Below are positions 36,516 to 47,100 of a stretch of DNA of 64,000 nt, one piece after another. Each line of letters starts with the position of its first letter. Positions within the stretch are counted from its first letter, which is position 1. The notes under the pieces are model-generated. The model had not been told where the DNA came from. It searched no databases and saw nothing but the letters and a program-made list of their open reading frames with translations. A program made the translations under genes and the position numbers. The DNA is from Entomortierella parvispora E1425 (Eukaryota > Fungi > Mortierellomycota): NCBI GenBank assembly GCA_020891255.1, contig BQFW01000005.1:1364001-1428000 (forward strand), given 5' to 3'.

Positions 36516-38018
36516 TTAATATTGTCTGGTTTGCATTATCTTGCGAATTTCCTGCACTCCTTGTTCTCCAATAGCGTTCAGCTCCAGGTTCAGAGTAGTC
36601 AGAGTTGAGTTAGCCTCGAGCGCTTCAATCGTTGCTCGCACAGTACTTGGTCCGATATTGTTCTTGCTCAAATCAAGACTAGTCAGCGTCGCGTTGATCT
36701 TGAGTGCTTCAATCAGCGCTATCGCTCCCTTGTCCGTGATGGCATTGTCTGCTAAGGACAACGTGATCAGACTGGAATTGGCTCTCAGTGCCTCCGATAA
36801 CGCCTGCGCTCCATCATCTCCGATACAGCATTCATACCCATCAGACACGTTTGCGTCCAAGTTAAGGGAAGTCAAAGTCGTGTTGATTTTGAGTGCCTCT
36901 GACAACGCCCGGGCCCCATTTTCTAGGCAATAGTTGTTCCCCAAACTCAGAGTAGCTAGAGTTTTGTTGACCTTAAGTGCATCTGATAGCGCTTGAACTC
37001 CATCATCCCCAATTTCGTTGATATACAAGTACAAACTAGTCAGAGTCGAGTTGATTTTGAGCGCTTCTGACAACGCCAGAGCTCCTCCATCATTGATATT
37101 GTTGCATCCAAGGTTTAAGGTGGCCAAAGTCGAGTTGACTTTAAGTGCAGCTGATATCGCATGAGCTTCAAAGTTTCCAATCGAGTCGTTTGCGAGGCTC
37201 AGCTCAGTCAGGGTCGAGTTGCTCTTGAGAGTCTCAATCAGCACCTGGTCAATATTCTGTTCAATACTATTGTCCCCCAATTCTATCTTGATCAAAGTCG
37301 AGTTGATTTTGAGAGCATCCAAAAGTACTTCAGCTCCAACGCCGCCAATATCGTTCATGTGCAAGTTCAAATCAGTCAAAGCCGAGTTGATCTTTAAAGC
37401 ATCGGAGAGAGCTAAAGCTCCATCGACATCGATCGAATTTTGCGAAAGGTCCAAAGTGGTTAACGTCGAGTTGCACTTAAGTGCCGCAGACAGTGCCCGG
37501 ATTCCATCGGAATCAATAGAGCAGAAGCGCAAGTTCAAAGTAGTCAAGGTTGAGTTGATTTTGAGTGCCTTGGACAATGCCTTTGCTCCATTCCGCTCAA
37601 TAGAGTTGCAAGCTAAGTCCAAGGTGGTCAAAGTTGTGTTGACCATGAGTGCTTTCGACAGTGCCTTGGCCCCATTTGGCCCCATCAGGCATTCCTTTGG
37701 CCCGTAAGCTTCGGTTTCCAAGATCAAACGCGACAGTCTTGTATTGGATATGATGATGGATAAAACAATTTGTTGTACCGATGTCCATGCAGATTCTTCG
37801 TAGAACCGCTTGTCAAGTTCCAGGTATCGAATGAAGTGCTTGTTACTTTCGACAGATTCTATGCCGGGGCCATATTTTGACAACACGACATCACGATAAA
37901 GAAGTGGTGTGGAAGAGTCTCTCCAATCACGACTCACGCATGAACAAGAGACGAGGTCACTTTTGGGAAGAAGGTTGGCAATTATTGTGCGAATCTCAGG
38001 TATGTCAAGGGCATTCAT
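36516..38018 (-). CDS. F-box-like + 13 RI-type 28-residue leucine-rich repeats
   Basis: LDIPEIRTII..L...DLVSC..VSRDW N-terminus and repeats GAxALSxALKINSTLTTLxLxxNxI; intronless. Confidence 0.9.
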   Translation of the reverse strand: MNALDIPEIRTIIANLLPKSDLVSCSCVSRDWRDSSTPLLYRDVVLSKYGPGIESVESNKHFIRYLELDKRFYEESAWTSVQQIVLSIIISNTRLSRLILETEAYGPKECLMGPNGAKALSKALMVNTTLTTLDLACNSIERNGAKALSKALKINSTLTTLNLRFCSIDSDGIRALSAALKCNSTLTTLDLSQNSIDVDGALALSDALKINSALTDLNLHMNDIGGVGAEVLLDALKINSTLIKIELGDNSIEQNIDQVLIETLKSNSTLTELSLANDSIGNFEAHAISAALKVNSTLATLNLGCNNINDGGALALSEALKINSTLTSLYLYINEIGDDGVQALSDALKVNKTLATLSLGNNYCLENGARALSEALKINTTLTSLNLDANVSDGYECCIGDDGAQALSEALRANSSLITLSLADNAITDKGAIALIEALKINATLTSLDLSKNNIGPSTVRATIEALEANSTLTTLNLELNAIGEQGVQEIRKIMQTRQY

Positions 38019-38216
38019 GATGGCTATCCTGGTTGCTACAAGGTGAAGGACGAATGAAGAATGAATGATTTTACCGAATGAAGGGAACTGAATGAAGGGG
38101 TGGTTGATTTTCTCACCCCCTAGGGGCCCTTAGTATGACAAATTTGCCCCGTTAAAATTTATTTTATCTAAGTTTTAATATTATTCTGGAAATTTTACTA
38201 AACCACCCCTCCTCCG

Positions 38217-40202
38217 GTGATAGAACGGGCAAAAACGTCCATTAATGTCAAGATTCACCGTCAGGAATTAGTCATTCACATGCAGCCTCCAACTGAAATT
38301 ACTCCTCCCACATTAATCGACATGAGCCAGAGATTCATGCTCATCGGCCTTGAAAAGGTCGACGAGGAAGAGTTTGTGCCTGTTGTTGAGATACAAGCTC
38401 AGACTGACGAAACCTTTCAAGAACAAGACGAGGAGCAAGAGGCGCCTAATGAACTAGAGCAAGATGAACAAGACGGAGATCAGGTGCAGGAAGGAGATCA
38501 AGAGGAAGAGCTTCTACAACGAAGGAGAGGGAGAAAGAAGACGAAGCCCAACATCAAATTGCCTGATCCTCCAGAGTTCGAGCCTCTGGTCCAGAACATC
38601 CAGCCTGGATATGTTAATCTTGATCCTGTTTTCCAGGGCACCGTACCGCCACCCATCGCTCTCTTTCGATTTTTCTTCACAGACTTCATGCTCGATACAA
38701 TTGTTAGGAACACTAATCTTTACGCCGAAAACAAAAGAACTGAAGCGGGTGCAACTGGTCGTGCTTGGAAATCAATGACCAGAAACGAACTTGTTACCTG
38801 GATCGCCATCACCATTTACATTGGACTTCACAAAATGCCGTCGTTGGTGCAACTCTGGAACACAGAGCGAGTGGCACCGACACACTACATATCAATGTAC
38901 ATGAATCAAGTTCGATATGAGCAGATCAAGCGCTATTTCCATGTGTGCGCCCCAGATGCCGTTGTTGATGAGTACTGTGATAAAGTCGAGCCACTGCTGT
39001 CACATATCCGAGATACTTCAAAACGATACTACACACCGGCATCGAATGTCTCCATCGATGAGATGATGATCCGGTTTTCGGGACGAAGTGCTCACACCGT
39101 TCGCATGAAAAACAAACCGATTGCGGAAGGCGTCAAGATATTCTCTCTCTGCGATGCGGGATACACCTACACTTTCATTCCATCATCTAGGGTTCAGTCA
39201 GTCCGAATTGAAAAAGTACCCGGCCTCACTCAAACAGGGAACATTGTCAACCATCTTGTCCAACAGCTACCACAGAGTCCACATTACCGCGTTTTTATGG
39301 ACAACTACTTCACCAGTGTCAAACTTTTCCAACACTTTCGAAACCTCGGCATCGGCGCCTGCGGCACCGTAAGAAGGCAGGGTGGAGTCCCGAAGGAGCT
39401 ATGTGTCGACAAGAATGCAAAGCTCGATTGGGATACTAGGTCTGGTGTTGTTGTCGGCGGCGTACTGGTGGTCTTTTGGATGGACAACGGCCCGGTTACG
39501 ATGATGACTACGATTCATGGCATGATAGGAGATGAGTGGGAGGTGATGCGAGTACGACGTCGGCCCAGAGAAACAAGTACTAATGGGACCAAGGTGCGAT
39601 CTATTTTCGGCAATGAACCCAAAAAAGAACTCAAGATCCTCAAAGTCATCGATGACTACAATGTCAACATGGGTGGAGTTGATATTGTCGACCAACTTCG
39701 GTCATATTACAGCACGCAACAGAGTGCACATCGAAACTGGTGGCCGATCTTTTTCTGGCTCTTGGATACTACGATCATCAACTGTTATCTCATTGCTCGA
39801 AAAAAAGGATCCATTCTCACACACAGAGAGTTCCGCAGCTCTCTTGTCTGGGGCTTGATTGACTCAGTTACCACCACAAACATTACCAAGCGCCGCAAGG
39901 TCGATGATCCTGTTCTAGTTGAGGAGATCGAAGGGGCGACATGGAGACGTCCCCGCGTGACCAAAACGTTCACTCTCCCAAACGACCGGTTTACTGACGA
40001 CAGTCACTTTCCTGTTACCCGCAAGGAACGATCCACCTGCCTTCTCTGTTCCTGGAAAGCCAAGAACAAGCTCATCTTCATGGATCATAAAAGCCCTGTT
40101 CAGTCCAATATATGGTGCCTAGCATGTGGAGTTCCTCTGTGTAGCAACAAAACTCGAAGCTGTTTCAAAGAATACCATACCAAAACTCATGACCTTGAAT
40201 AA
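38217..40202 (+). CDS. piggyBac-family transposase with C-terminal Cys-rich domain
   Basis: VSIDEMMIRF, VFMDNYFTS, MGGVDIVDQ (DDD) and C-terminal CLLC..WCLAC.VPLC..CF..YH. The ORF is uninterrupted. Confidence 0.93.
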   Translation: MIERAKTSINVKIHRQELVIHMQPPTEITPPTLIDMSQRFMLIGLEKVDEEEFVPVVEIQAQTDETFQEQDEEQEAPNELEQDEQDGDQVQEGDQEEELLQRRRGRKKTKPNIKLPDPPEFEPLVQNIQPGYVNLDPVFQGTVPPPIALFRFFFTDFMLDTIVRNTNLYAENKRTEAGATGRAWKSMTRNELVTWIAITIYIGLHKMPSLVQLWNTERVAPTHYISMYMNQVRYEQIKRYFHVCAPDAVVDEYCDKVEPLLSHIRDTSKRYYTPASNVSIDEMMIRFSGRSAHTVRMKNKPIAEGVKIFSLCDAGYTYTFIPSSRVQSVRIEKVPGLTQTGNIVNHLVQQLPQSPHYRVFMDNYFTSVKLFQHFRNLGIGACGTVRRQGGVPKELCVDKNAKLDWDTRSGVVVGGVLVVFWMDNGPVTMMTTIHGMIGDEWEVMRVRRRPRETSTNGTKVRSIFGNEPKKELKILKVIDDYNVNMGGVDIVDQLRSYYSTQQSAHRNWWPIFFWLLDTTIINCYLIARKKGSILTHREFRSSLVWGLIDSVTTTNITKRRKVDDPVLVEEIEGATWRRPRVTKTFTLPNDRFTDDSHFPVTRKERSTCLLCSWKAKNKLIFMDHKSPVQSNIWCLACGVPLCSNKTRSCFKEYHTKTHDLE

Positions 40203-40944
40203 ATTATTAAGGGATAGTGCTCTAGATTCTGGATGTACGTTTATGGGGTTGTGTTTCAAATGATGCGCTACACGACCAGTGTGCTTGCATCTGGACAGTG
40301 GAAGCATCAAACCTGAGCTGATGCTCAAACCATTTTTCTCTTACGACTCTCGACTCTTTGTGGGCGCGGAAGTTGTCGTCCAACTCAGCTTGCTATTGAT
40401 GAAACCTGGAGGGACCCTATTTTCTGTAACTCTACCTTTCAAGTCTCAATATGGTTTCTAGCCGGGATAGAAACGGGTGTCAAATTGACAGGGCCTGAAA
40501 AGTTTGGGTCCATTTTTGAAAGTAACTTGAATTGGAAACAGTCATTCGACGAGAGGGCACCTATTCATAGAATGCTGTTCTCAGTTGGCTGACCCAAGAG
40601 TTGTGAGGCGCCAGCTTGTACTCATTCTCCCAAAGCCTCTTTGCTCGCGATACAGCATGGTTGATTCACGGACAGCAACACGCCAGGAACGCGTCCAAAA
40701 AACACCGCAGCCGTGGAATGAGTCATGTGATGCCTTGATTCGGTGACGTGATTGGCTCCTCCGTTAAGGGTGTAGAGTGGGCCATGGAGAAGCGCCTGCT
40801 CATCCTCTGCTCGACATTCATCGCTTGCTTGTCCTCCCTCTGTCCTCAATTATCCTTTCGATCTTTGCTCCTCCTCAGTACCCATCTGCTTGCATCTTCA
40901 TTTCTTCATTCACCACCCCGCACTATAACCAACCCGCCACCACC

Positions 40945-42254
40945 ATGTCTGCTCTTGTCGCCACCGAGTTCTGGTATTGTTCAGTGACCACCTTCTGCGT
41001 TCATTTCAATGACGGGCGTGGTCGCGTTCTCAACAAAGGGGCATCGGCCCTGACTAGGCCCACCATTTCGATGCGGCCTTGAACGCGATCTCGTAGGGTG
41101 CATACGGGGACTCTCCACCTGGGCTCTATTGCTCCTGCGATGGTTTGCTTGACCTCGCCCTGACTTTGACTCTGACTGAACTCAACCTCGAACATCGTTT
41201 TGCGGGGGGTATGGCATTGCTAACACGAGTGATTCTGCTTGAACCTGCCCTGTTCTATTTTAGCCCCGTATACGCTCCTTTCTTTGGAGTCATGGGCGCC
41301 ACTAGTGCCATCGTCTTCTGCTGTAAGTGTTGTCCTCCAAGCTCTTCAAGGACGATGCGAGTGTTCCTGGAAGAATTGCATTGTCAGGAATCCAGGGAAT
41401 GGACGAACTGGAGATGTCGCAGCACCGTCGACTGTGCTTGGCCTTGTGATATGCCCCCATCGCTTGTCGGATGGACAGAGTGGATGATGGATTCGATACA
41501 CTGATTTGGCATCATTGTTCAGCTTGCCAGACGTGAGCGGGCCAACTCATTTGGCGGATCGAAAGAAAAGTACAAGATACACGCAGCTACTTGGGTGCTA
41601 ACTGTCAATATGACCTCTTCTCTGTTGTTAGGCTTTGGAGCCGCTTACGGTACTGCCAAGTCTGGTGTTGGTCTCACCTCCATGGGTGTCCTTCGCCCTG
41701 ACTTGATCATGAAGGGTGTTGTCCCAATTATTATGGCCGGTATTATCGGTATTTACGGTCTCGTCGTCTCTGTCCTGATCGGAAACGGATGTAAGTTGTG
41801 TCTCTCTGTCTTCAAGAAAGCCTCCCCGCACTTTTTTTTTTTTTTACTATTTGAACTGCGACTTATTTTTTTTTTGTCCTTTTTTTTCATGGTTGTAGTC
41901 AGCCAAAAGATGTCACTCTATGCTGGATTCATTCAGTTGGGCGCCGGTCTCAGTGTCGGTTTGGCCGGTATGGCCGCTGGTTTCGCTGTTGGTATTGTCG
42001 GTGATGCTGGTGTCCGTGCGTCAGCTCAGCAGCCAAGACTTTTCACCGGAATGGTAAGTGGTGCCCTTTTTTCACAGCTGTACTCGTTTGCGAACCCTAT
42101 TTGATGCCTTGGTGGACTTACAAATGAAATGTGCGATATGTGATTCCCTTTGATCCTGTAGATTCTTGTCCTCATTTTCGCCGAGGTGTTGGCTCTTTAT
42201 GGACTCATTGTGGCGCTGATCTTGAACACGAAAGCCTCGGATGCAGCATGCTAA
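40945..42254 (+). CDS. VMA3: V-ATPase V0 proteolipid subunit c, 5 exons
   Basis: [54 protein letters not shown] (catalytic Glu); GT-AG introns. Confidence 0.97.
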
Positions 42255-42433
42255 GAGTGATCTTTGCTCCCTTGGCCCTATAACCACTCAATTTCAACCA
42301 CCTGCTCTCTCCCACCCTCCCTTTTCCCTTTTTACAAACAGCAACCAGCACAACCCCCTCTCATCACAACAAGAATGGGAAATAAACATGCCCTGACATT
42401 TTTATTGTTCTCCATATCAAGTCAGTCGTCGAG

Positions 42434-42814
42434 CTACTGTCTGTATCGAAGTGGGCACTGGATCTCGACGCAGAGAGCAATAGGGTCTCCAATGTCGATC
42501 AAGGACGGGTATGCGACCAAGATGGAATGGACACAATCCAAGTGGCAGGTGCCATTGTCGATGATGTTTGCGTCGTTAGGGCATTTCTTGGCTGAGCACT
42601 CCTGGTAAGATTGACGCACCTTGTTGACAGGGATGGTTGAGTGCTGGGGTCCATAGACTTCTAACGCCGAGAGGAAGCAGCGGACACGACAGGCATCGTA
42701 GGCTGTGGAAGGGTAGCCAAAGGGGGGACCTTCCGCCTGGGCTGATGAAGGAGCAGAATGTGAAAGAGCGGCCAAAAGTATTAGACCTGCAAGAAAGAAG
42801 AGCTTTGACATCAT
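42434..42814 (-). CDS. Small secreted Cys-rich protein (about 126 aa, 8 Cys)
   Basis: Signal MMSKLFFLAGLILLAALSHS and Cys pairs CRVRC, CSAKKC, CHLDC, CVEIQC. Confidence 0.8.
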   Translation of the reverse strand: MMSKLFFLAGLILLAALSHSAPSSAQAEGPPFGYPSTAYDACRVRCFLSALEVYGPQHSTIPVNKVRQSYQECSAKKCPNDANIIDNGTCHLDCVHSILVAYPSLIDIGDPIALCVEIQCPLRYRQ

Positions 42815-43138
42815 CACTGGGGGTTGTAGTATAAGAGAGAAGAAGTAGAAGAAGGAGGGGGGAGAAGGGATTGAGTCTAGAGTCAGAGAAAGAGAGAGGG
42901 GGAAGAGGGATGAAGGCAGAAGAAGACAGGATGCAGATATGCACAAGGACGGGGGGGGCAATCTGCTGTCAAACAGGTAACCACGACGCGTGTATCCCAG
43001 GCGCGAATGGCCGCCAGAGCCTGTTACCTGGCGCGTGCCGTTGTGTCAAGGTGGGTCGCGTTGGTGATCGACCGAAGGGAGGACAGGGTGGATGCATGCA
43101 TGCTGTCACTCTTGCGTCCTTGGCCAAGGGCACAAGGC

Positions 43139-43142
<4 letters not shown>

Positions 43143-43196
<54 letters not shown>
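43143..43196 (+). repeat. (GA)n microsatellite
   Basis: Direct reading. Confidence 0.97.
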
Positions 43197-43200
<4 letters not shown>

Positions 43201-43551
43201 AAGAGAAAGGCACCACAACCAACAGCGACACATTCAGATCCACACCGACCCACCTGCATTCCCCCATGGCCCAATGGAATCCCACTCTGCAGGTGCATGG
43301 CACCCACCCATGCACCTACGCATGAATCACCTTGCTCCTTTGCTCCTTGTCTGTCTGCCTGTTCTCTTCCTCTGTCTTCTGTCCCTCCATTCATTGCCCC
43401 TTTTCACCCTCGCCATCCACTCATCCTGCTGACAGGATCCCCTTCACCTGTGACACCCTTTCGCCGTCGACTCGGTCAACTGAGTCCCCTTTTTTTCTGA
43501 TCCCTTCTCGTCATCGCCTGCATCCATCGTCCGAATCTCGCATCCTCCACC

Positions 43552-44163
43552 ATGAACACCTCCAACCCACACGACTACCAGCAGCAGCAACAACAACAAC
43601 AACAAGCATACGGCACACGAAGACACTCCTCAGCAAACACCCTTCTTCTACAAAAGTCAGTCACCCCTATAGGATCCAACATGTCTTCCCCTCCTCCCTC
43701 CTCCTTGTCCTCGTCTAATCTTGCAGTCCCAACCGGTCGACCGCTGCCAAAGACGCCACCAGGTCACGATCAACAGCAACAGCAGCAGCAGTACTACATG
43801 GACGCATCCGTTCCAGCTAGTTCCATGAGCACCGGCCACCTGCAGACTGGGCCCTACCAGATGAGCAGTGGTGCCAACAGCAGCAGCGCTCTCCAACTGC
43901 CGGGCTCTGCTTCCACGAGAACATCGCGGGTCAACATCCATATCAGTCAGCCTTCCTCCACGTCCATCGCAACAATGGGTGGCAGCGGTAATACCGTTGT
44001 AAATGATCACAGTGCAAAGTCTAATCTCGGCTACGGGGCAAACAGTCGGAACTACTCTTCTTGGGTACAGCCAAAGACTACAACGACAGCATCCTCAACC
44101 TCAACCGCATATTCTACTGGGAGCACAGTCTTGAACGGAAAGAAGAGTCAACAGCTTTTGAGT

Positions 44164-44197
<34 letters not shown>

Positions 44198-47100
44198 CGT
44201 CGTCCTTGCAGCCCCCAGGAATGTCTTTGGAAGAAGCTTCCGCCTACCATGCAGCCTTGACGAGACCTATCTCTCCAACCATAATCATGAACTACCTCCC
44301 ACCTCCGACTACCAACTCGACCACAACAACTTCATCTTCTTCTATTCGCCCAATATCTGCGACTGCTGCACTCTCGTCTTCGTTTAATACCCTTGGTCCT
44401 GGAGCGCAGCCCGCACAGAGACCCGTAATGGCACAAGGTGCAAGAAGCTCCTATATAAACCCTACTACTGGAGGAGTAGCTGGCAATTCCGCACCCCCAC
44501 CTCCTTCACAGCAGCAGCAGCAACAACAACAGTATATGTCTCCACGGCAGCAGCAGACAAAGAACAATAATCAGGGTAGCGCCGGAATCGCCATGACTTC
44601 AGAAGAACCAGGATCCAATTCCTCGCGATTTGCTCGAAGGGGACCTTTGGTAAGCCAGGAGTCATCAGCAGGCGGATCAGGAGACACCCCTGGGACTCGA
44701 TCGCGAAGAGAGAGTACGTACAGCGACACGGAAAGCCTACAACAATTTAGTCCTGCCATGCTCAGGTCCGGTGAGGCTTCTGAGTGTGTTTCACCGGCTG
44801 CAGGCAATCTTGGTATGCAACTACAGGTATGTCAAATCCTTGGACTATACACTGGAAATCATTTGAACAAACTGTTTACCGAGACGTTTTTGTATTTACT
44901 TTTCTATTTCCCCTCTTGCAATAGGTTGCTAAAGAGGGATGGCTCTGGAGACGAGGAAATTTGCTGGTATGTGATTTTTGTAACCATGTTGCGTAATTGA
45001 GTTTTTTTGATGCAAGCATCGTTTCTGACGCCAGAAAAAAATTATGACTTACATACAGACATGGAAACGCTGCTACGCTATCGGGAGGTACCGAGGCGAT
45101 GCTCATCCCGGAGTTCTTACCCTTTTTAAGGACAATGAGGTAACAGAAAGGAGACTGTCGGGACATACGATGCACTGTGTGTGAAAAAAAAGTACAGAAC
45201 TGACAGCTTCTCCATTGACATATTTATGACAGCACTTGTTTCCAATCAAGACTATTGACATGTCCGAATGCTATGAGGTTCAAGTCAAAGCATACGATAC
45301 CAAAGGAACAGGACGATTCGAATTTAAAGTGGTTACAAGAAAAGAAGAAACGTGGTTTGCCACTGACACCATGACTGAAAGGACAGGATGGATTGATGCT
45401 CTCAACTCACTTATGGCCAAAGTTGTGGGTGCTTCACTACTCAAACTGGAGGCGAAATTGAACACGATCCGCCATCGAAACAACTCGCTCGAGTACGCTC
45501 ACACCGCGCTTTCCACAGAAAAGGCAACACTGGAGGAACATCTCCAACTGGTGCAGCAGGATCTGGTCTCCAGAGAAAACCAACTAACACAACGCGAACT
45601 CGAGCTGGAGCGCAAACGCGTCGAATCACTTGTGGTTCAGTTGGAAGCATGGAGGGCTGCTGCAAAGGTCACAGTCAACCAGCACTATGCAGTTCGAGAT
45701 CAACTTTTGGAGAGGGTGATGAAAACAGCGAGAACTGTGCAAGAACTAGTTGACAGGGCCAAAATCCACCTGGACACCGGAGCGGACCAGGTGACTGAAG
45801 TGATCAAGAGCCATCTCGAGTGTCTCAAGGTCCACGTGGGAGAGCTGGGCCTGAATGGGCCCTCACAAAAGATGATAAAGTCGATTCTCGTGGGGTTGAC
45901 TGTGAACCTCGATACCCGAAGTTCAGAGATCAAAAGGGTGCTTCTCGTTTTGGATCAACATACAGCTGCCGCAAAGATGTCGTCCTCTACTTCAAATTCT
46001 TCACCGTCATCTCCAAGGGCCGCCGCTTCGCCTTCAGCCGCCAAAGATCGAAGACTATCCATGGGACCAATCCCATCCTCTCATCCACCGCCATCAACAC
46101 TTGGGATCGGGGTGCATATCCTGCAGCTACGAGAAAAGTACACAGAGACCCTATTGATTATAGAGGAGGGCTCCAAGAGGCTGAAGCGGATACTGGAACG
46201 ATCTGATGTCAACAATACTGAAAGTGGCCGTCGCTTCTACGAAGAAATCTGCGAAGCCTTAAAGGGTCTACTGAAACTACCGGTTTACTCGTTCGTGCCC
46301 TGCCTTCCGGATCAGCCCTTGCCTGGTGCAGCCGACACATTTTACAGAGAAGATTTGATTCAGATCCAGCAGAAGGGCCAGGAATTGCTTCGCAAATCCT
46401 CGGGAAGCAACACCCAAGCTCAGGATTCACGCCTCACGTTCAAGGAACCTCCTCCAGCCGCAAACTCCTCTCCAGAGCCGCGGGAGTCACAGACAACAAA
46501 CACGGAGACGTCTCTGCCCCAAGAGCCTGAATCATCGACGCTGAACGCGCCTTCCATCCCCAAAGGACCAGCCCCTGCTTCCCAGCCAGCACCGGTAAAG
46601 GAGAGGGGTGCGTTGTCAACAATGACCACTGGACCACCAACTCTCTCACTAGCACTACCAGAGTCTCTCTCCTCCTTTTTGTTTACGAGCCAGCAGCCAG
46701 TGGCAGCAACAGGTGCAGCTGTCGCAGGATCTGTCGAGCTGACTCAAAAGTTAAGGGATACGATATTACCGGAATTCGATCATTTGTCGATCAAGCAGGA
46801 AGAGTCACTTCAGGCGATGACTGCGCTTTTGAACCAAGTGTCTGCAGCCCTTGTCAGTAAACTGGGCGAGATCAAGGAGGCCACTCATAACCAACGTCAA
46901 GAGTTTGAAGAACTCAAGGATGAAATCATTGACGTGATGCAGCTCTCCGCCACGGATCCCAGCGCACATCAAAGGGATATCTCGGCCCTCTCCGAAATTC
47001 GATCCAAATTGGCTGAAATTACAGGACAGTTGGAGAATGTGCAGGCTGTACAAGGCCAGCAGCAACCACAGCTGCAAGGACTAGTAGGGTTGCATAGAAA

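Noticed and set aside
38126-40213. piggyBac ends at CCCTTAGTA / TATTAAGGG
   Set aside because: The match is only 8 of 9 nt, and the flanks (gggg / atag) are neither TTAA nor duplicated.
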